DNA of 26,002 nt from the IMG/VR virus record IMGVR_UViG_3300020045_002351, positions 1-26,002 of that record; one strand, given 5' to 3'. The stretch is from a virus. Lineage: Duplodnaviria; Caudoviricetes. The stretch's first letter is position 1, and each line of letters begins with the position of its first letter. The translations under genes were made by a program, and so were the position numbers. Below are positions 17,736-24,838 of this stretch, one piece after another. The notes beneath the pieces are model-generated. The model worked only from the letters and a program-made list of their open reading frames with translations. It searched no databases and was not told the DNA's origin.

Positions 17736-18222
17736 ACCTACAGGAAGGAAGCCAACCCACGGCGGTTGCGTTAATGGGACTCTCTCGCCAATCTACAAAA
17801 GATGGGCGGGAATGATTGGAAGGTGCGAGACGACCAGCCACACGGCATATAAAAAATATGGCGCGAAGGGCATCACGGTTTGCCCAGAGTGGAGATCTTC
17901 CTTTCCCGCTTTTCGCTCGTGGTCAGAAGAGAATGGATTTAGAGAAGACCTTCAACTCGACAGAATTGATGGAACTTTGGGATATACTCCCGAGAATTGC
18001 AGGTGGGTTAGCGCAAAAGTTAATCAAAATAATCGGCTAAATTCACCAAGGCTACCAAGCGGCAGAACAGTAGAGGAGGCTGCCGCGATCTTAGGCCTGT
18101 CGAAGAGGGCTGTTTATGACCGCATCAGGAAGGGCATGAGCCCCCGATTATCCGAGACGCTTCCAGCGACACCAAACGGGGCAGCCCGGAGGGACTTTAA
18201 CCAAAACCTTTGGACCGAATGA
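17725..18222 (+). CDS. HNH-type homing endonuclease-like protein with a C-terminal HTH
   Basis: Y..W..M..RC, YGAKGITVCPEW and LDRIDG..GY.PENCRW....Q.NN motifs; visibly lower GC than its neighbours. Confidence 0.85.
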   Translation: MSNKPTGRKPTHGGCVNGTLSPIYKRWAGMIGRCETTSHTAYKKYGAKGITVCPEWRSSFPAFRSWSEENGFREDLQLDRIDGTLGYTPENCRWVSAKVNQNNRLNSPRLPSGRTVEEAAAILGLSKRAVYDRIRKGMSPRLSETLPATPNGAARRDFNQNLWTE

Positions 18223-18317
18223 AAACCCTAGCCCTAATCGCCCTTTCCTACCTCGTCCTAGCCGCCGCGATCATCGCCTTTTACCGCACCCTCGCACGAA
18301 ACAACGAACGCTTATGA
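18219..18317 (+). CDS. Small single-pass membrane peptide (32 aa)
   Basis: MKTLALIALSYLVLAAAIIAFYRTLARNNERL*; ATGA overlaps at both ends. Confidence 0.6.
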   Translation: MKTLALIALSYLVLAAAIIAFYRTLARNNERL

Positions 18318-18451
18318 AACTCACCATCACCAACCCGCCAGTGCTTGAAACCGACCCCATGGTTATCATCCGCACAAGCCTGCCCATCGACTACTTCGCA
18401 CCGGCTGGCGGCGACGGCATCCTTGTGAACCCGGAGCTTTTGAAGCGATGA
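18314..18451 (+). CDS. Small hypothetical protein (45 aa)
   Basis: MKLTITNPPVLETDPMVIIRT...PELLKR*; ATGA overlaps at both ends. Confidence 0.55.
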   Translation: MKLTITNPPVLETDPMVIIRTSLPIDYFAPAGGDGILVNPELLKR

Positions 18452-18621
18452 GAACCCACCCCGACTCACCCGCCCGGTTTTGGGCATCTGCTGCCCTAGT
18501 GGCCAGCATCGTCACCATGGTCCTGATCGGCGCGGCTGGATGCAAGGACTTTGAGGCTTATGTCGCCCTCTTCATGCTCGCCGTGATGGCGGGTTTCATC
18601 GCCAAACGAGAAGCCGCCTAA
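18448..18621 (+). CDS. Small two-pass membrane protein (57 aa)
   Basis: MRTHPDSPARFWASAALVASIVTMVLIGAAG...YVALFMLAVMAGFIAKREAA*. Confidence 0.6.
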   Translation: MRTHPDSPARFWASAALVASIVTMVLIGAAGCKDFEAYVALFMLAVMAGFIAKREAA

Positions 18622-18762
18622 CCTTCCTAGTGGGAGCCCGGCGGCATGTTGCCAGCCCTGCACTCTTCACGGAGCGCGATTGCTAAGGGCAGCCGGGGAA
18701 CTTTCCTAGCCAGCCGCTGATGCCGACCTTCGGGGCCAGCACGGCACAGCGGCAAACTTTCC
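18620..18762 (+). ncRNA. Structured intergenic region: two folded domains delimited by AACYTTCC repeats
   Basis: CCCGGC..GCCGGG branched domain (18637-18697) and GCCGCTG..CAGCGGC domain (18713-18753). Confidence 0.45.
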
Positions 18763-18769
18763 AAACATC

Positions 18770-19138
18770 ATGAACGCAATCGACAGATACCAAGAAACGC
18801 AGCGCGCTTGCCGAGATTTCGAGCGGTGGAAATCGCTCATCGGCAAGGAGTATTTCGGAGGAACATGCGGGAAGGGCGGGCAATACGGCTCAGTCATCAA
18901 CGCGACGTTTACCTGCGAAATCTACCACCAGGAAAGCGACGGTGCCACCAACTACCATGAAAGCGAAAGGCTTGGCGACATCGCGAAGGAGGCACTCAAG
19001 GAAGCTGCCAAGAAACATGCAGCGTCCATCATTGCCACTGCTTTTGATTTGATGCTGAACCGGCTGGCGAAAGACGCAACGGCAGCTAGGGCGCTCGCGG
19101 ATTCAATTCTCACCGACTCAGGAAAGGAACAATCATGA
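18770..19138 (+). CDS. Hypothetical protein
   Basis: 122-aa ORF with an ATGA overlap to the next gene. Confidence 0.75.
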   Translation: MNAIDRYQETQRACRDFERWKSLIGKEYFGGTCGKGGQYGSVINATFTCEIYHQESDGATNYHESERLGDIAKEALKEAAKKHAASIIATAFDLMLNRLAKDATAARALADSILTDSGKEQS

Positions 19139-19395
19139 GCATCACCGCCAAGACCAAGAAGACACAGTGCCAGCGGCTTCTCGCCTACCTGCGCAAGAAC
19201 CGCAAAGGGATAACCACGATGGAGGCTTTCCGCGAACTCGGCATCACCTGCGTTCACAAGCGGATCGCGGAGCTGGAGGGAGCGGCCAAGCAGATCAAGG
19301 AATACCCTTTCCTTGTGCAAGCCCACCGCATCACCCGCACGCCCGAGCGCACCGCCACCGGCTCAACCGTCACTCGCTACAAGCTCGCACGATGA
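19135..19395 (+). CDS. Winged helix-turn-helix protein
   Basis: TQCQRLLAYLR...GITTMEAFRELGITCVHKRIAELE...TRYKL. Confidence 0.8.
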   Translation: MSITAKTKKTQCQRLLAYLRKNRKGITTMEAFRELGITCVHKRIAELEGAAKQIKEYPFLVQAHRITRTPERTATGSTVTRYKLAR

Positions 19396-19589
19396 AAATT
19401 ACCGTAACAACAGACCTTCCACCGATGGCAACGGACGCCACGTTGCGCGACCTTTTCGCAGGGATGGCGCTGCAAGGTTACGCATCTCATCCGCTGGCGG
19501 ATTCACGGAACGGCGAGGCAGACCGCTACGCAGCGGCAGCTTATCGTTTCGCCGACGCCATGCTGCTTGCGAGAAAGGAAAAGCCATGA
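19392..19589 (+). CDS. Conserved small phage protein of the TLRD.FA..A.QG...AY..ADAML.AR family
   Basis: TLRDLFAGMALQG...AYRFADAMLLAR. Confidence 0.8.
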   Translation: MKITVTTDLPPMATDATLRDLFAGMALQGYASHPLADSRNGEADRYAAAAYRFADAMLLARKEKP

Positions 19590-19903
19590 ACTTCCCCACA
19601 ATCACAATCCCCGACCCGGCCAGCGTTGGCAAGTGGCTGGATGAGGAGGTGCCGCAAATCTGCCCGCATCGCCCGTCATTTGGCGTTGAATGGTCGGTTT
19701 TCCACTGGCACGGGAGCGAGCATTTCATTGCAACCAGCGACACCCCCGAAGCCCTCCTGGCCGACATCCGCCGCCAGCTCGCAGAGAACGACCCGCTCGC
19801 AAAGCTCCGCAAGGAGTGGATCGCGGCAGGTAGGCCGGATTTGAACGCCGATGTGGACGCGCGGATACCAGCGTCCCGAGACTCCGAATCCATAACCGAC
19901 TAA
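19586..19903 (+). CDS. Hypothetical protein whose C-terminus and stop codon lie inside attC-like site 1
   Basis: ATGA overlap at the start; TAA (19901-19903) falls in the hairpin loop. Confidence 0.7.
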   Translation: MNFPTITIPDPASVGKWLDEEVPQICPHRPSFGVEWSVFHWHGSEHFIATSDTPEALLADIRRQLAENDPLAKLRKEWIAAGRPDLNADVDARIPASRDSESITD

Positions 19904-19940
19904 GACGCTGGTATCCGTTGCGTCTCACGACTTGTTCTGC
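19840..19940 (-). mobile_element. attC-like recombination site 1
   Basis: + strand: GAAC-GCCGAT-GTG-GACGCG-CGGATACCAGCGTC-loop-GACGCTGGTATCCG-[T]-TGCGTC-[T]-CAC-GACTT-GTTC. Confidence 0.8.
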
Positions 19941-19963
19941 CTCTTCCGAACTGCCCTGACACC

Positions 19964-20191
19964 ATGAGAAATCACACAATGTCCTGCCCATATCCCGAGG
20001 GATGCTCTTGCGGGGCATCCGAGTGGAACCGCATGGAATCGTCGCTCGACTTGTACAAGCGCCGCGTCCAACTGCTAGAACGCGAACAACACCGGATGCG
20101 CGATCCTGAGAGAGCTCTGGTCTGCGACATTCTCGCAAATGGCCAACTGCTACCCGATCCCCACGGGAAGCGATATGGGCAGAACGCATAA
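19964..20191 (+). CDS. Cassette gene 1: Cys-rich hypothetical protein (75 aa)
   Basis: CPYPEGCSCG followed by a coiled segment and PERALVCDILANG; the stop TAA lies in the spacer of site 2. Confidence 0.75.
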   Translation: MRNHTMSCPYPEGCSCGASEWNRMESSLDLYKRRVQLLEREQHRMRDPERALVCDILANGQLLPDPHGKRYGQNA

Positions 20192-20269
20192 GGTCATGGA
20201 CGCGGCACCCTTCCAGCTTGAAATCACGACAGACGCGCCCGCCGCGTTCCATGCACCGTCTTGTTCTGG
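20179..20269 (-). mobile_element. attC-like recombination site 2
   Basis: + strand: GCAGAAC-GCATAA-GGT-CATGGA-CGCGGC-loop-GCCGCG-[T]-TCCATG-[C]-ACC-GTCTT-GTTCTGG. Confidence 0.85.
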
Positions 20270-20942
20270 GTCTTTGGATCTGCGGCTTGGTGACTGCATG
20301 GACGTGATGGCAACCTTCGCGGATGGCCACTTCGATCTGGCTATCGTAGATCCTCCCTACGGGATCAACTACGCGAAGCGGGGCGATGGAAGCGGGAACC
20401 TCTCAAAACACCGCTGGAAGAATCACAAGCGCAAGGAATGGGACGCAGAGCCGCCGCCGCCCGAATACTTCGCGGAACTCCGCCGCGTGTCGAAGCATCA
20501 AATCATATGGGGCGCGAATCACTTCATCGACCACATGCCACTGAGAAGCTCCTGCTGGGTCATGTGGGACAAAATCCAAGAGTTCTCGCTGGCTGACTTC
20601 GAGCTGGCGTGGACATCCTTCGACTCGCCTGCCCGATCCTTCCGCTTCTCTCGTGGCCAAGCCACGAACGAGAAGAAAGGCCAGGCGATCCACCCGACGC
20701 AGAAGCCGGTGGCGCTCTACAAATGGCTGCTGGCGAAATACGCGAAGCCCGGACAGCGGGTGCTGGATACTCACTTGGGAAGCGGAAGCATCGCTATCGC
20801 CGCCCACTACGCGGGAATCCACCTCACGGCGTGCGAGATCGACGCCGAATACTACGAAGCGGCGAAGGCTCGAATCTCTCGGGAAACGTCGCAGACAGAT
20901 TTCTTCTCTCCCCAGAACAGCCCAGCGCAGCCGCCGCGATAG
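20196..20942 (+). CDS. Cassette gene 2: orphan DNA amino-methyltransferase (N6A/N4C, beta class)
   Basis: GDCMDVM, IVDPPY catalytic motif, HPTQKPV, VLDTHLGSGS SAM-binding motif and CEID..YY. The probable start ATG 20196 lies within site 2; alternative starts are 20175 or 20298. Confidence 0.92.
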   Translation: MDAAPFQLEITTDAPAAFHAPSCSGSLDLRLGDCMDVMATFADGHFDLAIVDPPYGINYAKRGDGSGNLSKHRWKNHKRKEWDAEPPPPEYFAELRRVSKHQIIWGANHFIDHMPLRSSCWVMWDKIQEFSLADFELAWTSFDSPARSFRFSRGQATNEKKGQAIHPTQKPVALYKWLLAKYAKPGQRVLDTHLGSGSIAIAAHYAGIHLTACEIDAEYYEAAKARISRETSQTDFFSPQNSPAQPPR

Positions 20943-20965
20943 CGGTCTGCTGCCGCGAGACTTCT
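20912..20965 (-). mobile_element. attC-like site 3, with a degenerate right core box
   Basis: + strand: CCAGAAC-AGCCCA-GCG-CAGCCG-CCGC-GATA-GCGG-[T]-CTGCTG-[C]-CGC-GAGAC-TTCT (no GTT). Confidence 0.65.
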
Positions 20966-21060
20966 AAATTTTCGGCCCAATAAACCGTGTGACCCGGCCG
21001 CAACAACTCGGAACCACGGTGACAGCTGGCAGAGACCGCAAGCTTTCAACAAGAACAATC

Positions 21061-21756
21061 ATGAGCAACGCAATCATCATTCCTGACCAACAATCCCAAG
21101 CCGCCGCCATGATTCAAATGGCGATGGACAAAGGGATGTCCGCTGAACAACTCCGCGAGTTCATCACCGCCCGCCGCGAGTGGGAAGCCGACGAAGCCCG
21201 CAAGGCTTACTCCCAGGCAATCGCCGACTTCCAATCGCGCTGCCCGATCATCGAGAAGGGCGACAAGGCGCACAACAAGGCTTACGCGGCTATGGACCGC
21301 ATCTGGCGCACGATCCGCCCGCTGCTTGACGAGACTGGCTTGAGCGTCGTGTGGACCGTCAACGCGCTCACCGAATACGGGTTGCACATCGAAGGCGAGA
21401 TTCGCCACAAGGCCGGGCACTCGGTCGCCATCTCCTACGACCTGCCGATGCCTGACAAGGTGACGGGGCAGAACGCGGCGCAGCAGATGGGAAGCGCCAC
21501 GACGTATGCTCGCCGTTATGCGATGTGCTCCGCTCTCGGCATCGTGACCGGCGAGGACGACGACGGGCTCGCCGCTGGCACCGCCTACGTCACCAAGGAA
21601 CAGGCCGACGAACTTGCCGCACTGGTTCGCAACACGCCGCAGGGCACGCTTGAAGCCCTCCTTGAATGGGCCGCTTGCGACTCCCTCACGGACATTCCGG
21701 CGAGCAAATACAACGGGGCTAAGAAGGCTCTCAACGCGAAGCAGAACAAGCCATGA
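21061..21756 (+). CDS. ERF-family single-strand annealing protein
   Basis: Signature QQMGSATTYARRYAMCSALGIVTGEDDDG. Confidence 0.9.
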   Translation: MSNAIIIPDQQSQAAAMIQMAMDKGMSAEQLREFITARREWEADEARKAYSQAIADFQSRCPIIEKGDKAHNKAYAAMDRIWRTIRPLLDETGLSVVWTVNALTEYGLHIEGEIRHKAGHSVAISYDLPMPDKVTGQNAAQQMGSATTYARRYAMCSALGIVTGEDDDGLAAGTAYVTKEQADELAALVRNTPQGTLEALLEWAACDSLTDIPASKYNGAKKALNAKQNKP

Positions 21757-22037
21757 GCGACACACCAAGAACAGACAAGGCTTGGTCGGATGCTCTGAGC
21801 CAAATCAATACAGCGGAGCGGGGGCACGACCCGCACCATGCGGCACTTGCCAACTTGGCCGCTCAACTGGAGCGAGAGCTTGCCGATGTGATGGCACAGC
21901 GGAACGGGTTGATGGAATCGTTGGAGTGGATGGCTACGGCAAAGGCCGACAGCCCGGAGGCGCTTGTTGAAAAGCTACTTACCAAAGCGGACCGCGCCAT
22001 TGCTGCCGCCCGCGTGAAAGGAGAATCCGATGCGTGA
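21753..22037 (+). CDS. Hypothetical protein (MSDTPRTD family)
   Basis: MSDTPRTD...AAQLERELA coiled coil. Confidence 0.75.
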   Translation: MSDTPRTDKAWSDALSQINTAERGHDPHHAALANLAAQLERELADVMAQRNGLMESLEWMATAKADSPEALVEKLLTKADRAIAAARVKGESDA

Positions 22038-22680
22038 GATCAACGACCTAGTCCAAGGGACAAAGGAATGGCTGGCCATCCGGCGCGGCATCCCAACAGC
22101 CTCCATGTTCAAGCGCATTTGCACCGCCGCCAAAGCTCAGTATGCCGCCGGGGCTGACGAATACGCTGCCGACCTTCTGGCGGACACGCTAGGGGTTTAC
22201 CGTAGCGACGCGAGCGGCGAGGACATCGACCGTGGGCACCGGCTGGAAGACGAGGCGCGACGCTGGACCCGCTTGCAGCTTGGAATCCCGATTCGGCAGG
22301 TCGGCTTTATCCTCTCCGACTGCGGGCGCTACGGCTACAGCCCTGACGGCATCCTCGCCGATGGCAGACCGCTTGAAGTGAAAGCGCCGAACGTGAAGAC
22401 GATCATCGGCTGGCACCTCAAGGGCGGGCTGCCACCGGAACACGCTCCCCAAGTCCACGGGGCAATGTTCGTCACCGGGGCGCAAGCCGCCGTCTTTACC
22501 GCCTACTCCGACCACCCCGACGTTGCCAACCTGCTTGTCGAGGTGGAGCGATCCGACTTCACCGAAAAGCTTGGCGAGTGTGTCCTGAAGTTCTGCGACC
22601 GGCTCGACGAGATCCGCCGCCAGATCCTCGGGGAAGAATACGAAGTCCACTTTCCAACCCCAACCGCCGAAACGCCATGA
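22030..22680 (+). CDS. YqaJ/lambda-exonuclease-family recombination nuclease
   Basis: QGTKEWLAIRRG..TAS, RGHRLED, SPDG, LEVKAP and QVHG.M motifs. Confidence 0.9.
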   Translation: MREINDLVQGTKEWLAIRRGIPTASMFKRICTAAKAQYAAGADEYAADLLADTLGVYRSDASGEDIDRGHRLEDEARRWTRLQLGIPIRQVGFILSDCGRYGYSPDGILADGRPLEVKAPNVKTIIGWHLKGGLPPEHAPQVHGAMFVTGAQAAVFTAYSDHPDVANLLVEVERSDFTEKLGECVLKFCDRLDEIRRQILGEEYEVHFPTPTAETP

Positions 22681-22898
22681 GCGCACCGAAAACATACCCG
22701 CCGTATCACCTTGAAGGCGAAGGAGGCCCCGGCGTCTGGATCGCCGATAATCACGACAACGACGTAGTCACCCGCGTCGATCTTTCGCCCCACTACGATG
22801 ACATTTTCGGCGAGCGAATCATGCAGATCATCTGCAACGCGCTGAACCGCGAGACGACCCAACCCGACCCGCTGGCCGACCACCCTCAACTGTTCTGA
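22677..22898 (+). CDS. Hypothetical protein (MSAPKTYPPY...)
   Basis: ATGA overlap with the upstream gene. Confidence 0.7.
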   Translation: MSAPKTYPPYHLEGEGGPGVWIADNHDNDVVTRVDLSPHYDDIFGERIMQIICNALNRETTQPDPLADHPQLF

Positions 22899-22900
22899 AT

Positions 22901-23245
22901 ATGAAACCATTCTATAAAGCCATTCCTTCAGGCGCGTTCTCAAAATTCGACACGCTTGAAGAGGCCCAATCCGCCGCTCAAGAGCAAGCAGTAGCAAATC
23001 CGGGGCATGCGGTGGAAATCTTCCGATGCGTCGGCATAGTTTCAACTCCCAAGGAAGCCTCGACGTTCTGGATGGACGGCGAGGGTCCGCCGGAGAAGCC
23101 ACGTTGGCGGGATCTGGAAGTTGGCGAGGCATACCAGCGCGGAGATGAGTGGTTCAATCCGGAGATCGAAGAATGGATTGTGATTAACAGCCTCACGACC
23201 GTTGACACTGTCTCTGGAAAATACCCAGCCCGCCGCCCGCTATGA
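22901..23245 (+). CDS. Hypothetical protein
   Basis: 114-aa ORF with a C-terminal WRDLEVGE....GDEW...RRP motif. Confidence 0.75.
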   Translation: MKPFYKAIPSGAFSKFDTLEEAQSAAQEQAVANPGHAVEIFRCVGIVSTPKEASTFWMDGEGPPEKPRWRDLEVGEAYQRGDEWFNPEIEEWIVINSLTTVDTVSGKYPARRPL

Positions 23246-23619
23246 GCGATACACCGAGAACCGACGCCATCCTCGCGCTACTCCCCGGCGGGCAGACATG
23301 CGACCCGCAGCTTGTGGCTGACGAGTTGCGCCCGAAGATCGCCGAGATGGAAGCGGACCTTGCCGCCGCAAAGGACGGCTGGACCGACGAAATCTGCAAG
23401 GCGCAGGCTGACATGCGGCGGGCTGAGAAGGACATCAACGAGCTTCGTGCGGCATACCTAGTCGAGCGGGCGCTTGCGGACAGGCTGGCGGAACTCGCTC
23501 GCAAGGTCCACGAAATCTCAAACGGAAACTTCTACGCCAACGAAGCTCCCGATAAGTTCGACGATATTTGCGACATTTCGCACGAAGCCCTCGCCGCTTG
23601 GGAAGGAGCGCGGAAGTGA
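23242..23619 (+). CDS. Hypothetical protein (MSDTPRTD family)
   Basis: Same N-terminal octapeptide as the 21753 ORF; coiled coil ERALADRLAE. Confidence 0.75.
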   Translation: MSDTPRTDAILALLPGGQTCDPQLVADELRPKIAEMEADLAAAKDGWTDEICKAQADMRRAEKDINELRAAYLVERALADRLAELARKVHEISNGNFYANEAPDKFDDICDISHEALAAWEGARK

Positions 23620-24104
23620 CCACCATCGGAATCGACAATGGACTCACGGGTGCGCTCGTTGCTCTCAGCGACCACCCCGGCCCGCCAATCGCGATGCTCC
23701 CGATGCCGACACGCGGCAAGGCCAAGGGTAACGAGGTGGATGCGGATGCAGTTTGGCACTGGTTAGCTCAGTTCGACCTCAACGCGCTTTCCGTGGTGCT
23801 GGAAACGCCCGGAAAGCACTCACCGGGGGCGCAGGCGCTTTGCTCGATGTGGGACAGCTACGGGGCTATCCGTGGCGTTCTGGAGTCACGGGCAATCCGC
23901 CATCACCGGATCACGCCGCAAGCATGGCAAAAGGTCATGCTGGTTGGATGCGCGAAGGGCGACACAAAGCCCGCCGCACTCGCACGCTGCCGCCAGCTAT
24001 GGCCCGCCGAAACGTGGTTCGCATCCCAGCGATGCAGCAAGCCGCACGAAGGGTTGATCGACGCCGCACTGATCGCCGAGTTCGCACGGATCAAAAGATT
24101 ATGA
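23616..24104 (+). CDS. RuvC-like Holliday junction resolvase
   Basis: IGIDNGLTGAL, VVLE, TPQAWQK and DAALIAEF motifs; GTG start in a GTGA overlap. Confidence 0.85.
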   Translation: MTTIGIDNGLTGALVALSDHPGPPIAMLPMPTRGKAKGNEVDADAVWHWLAQFDLNALSVVLETPGKHSPGAQALCSMWDSYGAIRGVLESRAIRHHRITPQAWQKVMLVGCAKGDTKPAALARCRQLWPAETWFASQRCSKPHEGLIDAALIAEFARIKRL

Positions 24105-24107
24105 ACC

Positions 24108-24838
24108 ATGGAAAGAAAATCACTCAATGAGCTGGCTCTTTTCGCAGGCGCTGGTGGCGGAATACTTGGCGGAAAACTCCTTGGGTGGCGCACCGTTTGC
24201 GCCGTCGAATGGGAGCCCTATCCCGCAAGCGTTCTTGTCGCCCGACAAAATGACGGCATTCTCGCGCCTTTCCCGATTTGGGATGACGTTCGCACCTTTG
24301 ACGGACGCCCTGGCGAGGACTTGTTGATGTGGTTTCGGGAGGGTTTCCCTGCCAAGACATCAGTTCAGCCGGAAAAGGCGCTGGCATCGACGGAGAGCGA
24401 AGCGGGATGTGGATGGAGATGGCCCGAATCGTCGGTGAAGTTCGACCTCAATACGTCTTCGTGGAAAACTCGCCAATGCTCACTTCTAGAGGGCTTGGAC
24501 GAGTTCTCGGAGACTTGGCCACGCTGGGGTATGATGCGCGATGGGGAGTGCTGGGAGCTTCCGACATCGGGCTTGAACACGACAGAAAGCGGATATGGAT
24601 ATTCGCTACCGACCCCAAGCGGCGTAAAAGGGAAGGGCCATTGCGTCGGAGCCTTGGGGGAGTGGGGCGGATCGACAAACGTATTTCGGACCATGGGGCT
24701 TGGGAATGTGCATTGTCCGCGTTTCGAGGAATGGATAATGGATTGGCCAGAAACGTGGGCCGCACTAACGCCATTAGAAACGGCCAGGTTCCAAGCGTGG
24801 CTGCTCTCGCATGGAGAATCCTCAGCGGAGACACCTAA
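24108..24838 (+). pseudogene. C5-cytosine methyltransferase, catalytic (alpha) frame, split by a 1-nt deletion at about 24308-24310
   Basis: Motif I LFAGAGG and DDVRTFDGRP lie in the 24108 frame. WRGLVDVVSGGFPCQD, ENSP, HDRKRIWI and NGQVP lie in the -1 frame. Confidence 0.85.

Noticed and set aside
19840-20965. The three hairpins as terminators, CRISPR repeats or REP elements
   Set aside because: There are no U tracts, the sequences differ from one another, and whole genes lie between them; only the geometry and core boxes are shared.
16029-24310. The expanded-loop tRNA as suppressor of the C5-MTase frameshift
   Set aside because: The tRNA would cause a +1 shift at ACAA, whereas the MTase needs a -1 shift at CGC-CCT.
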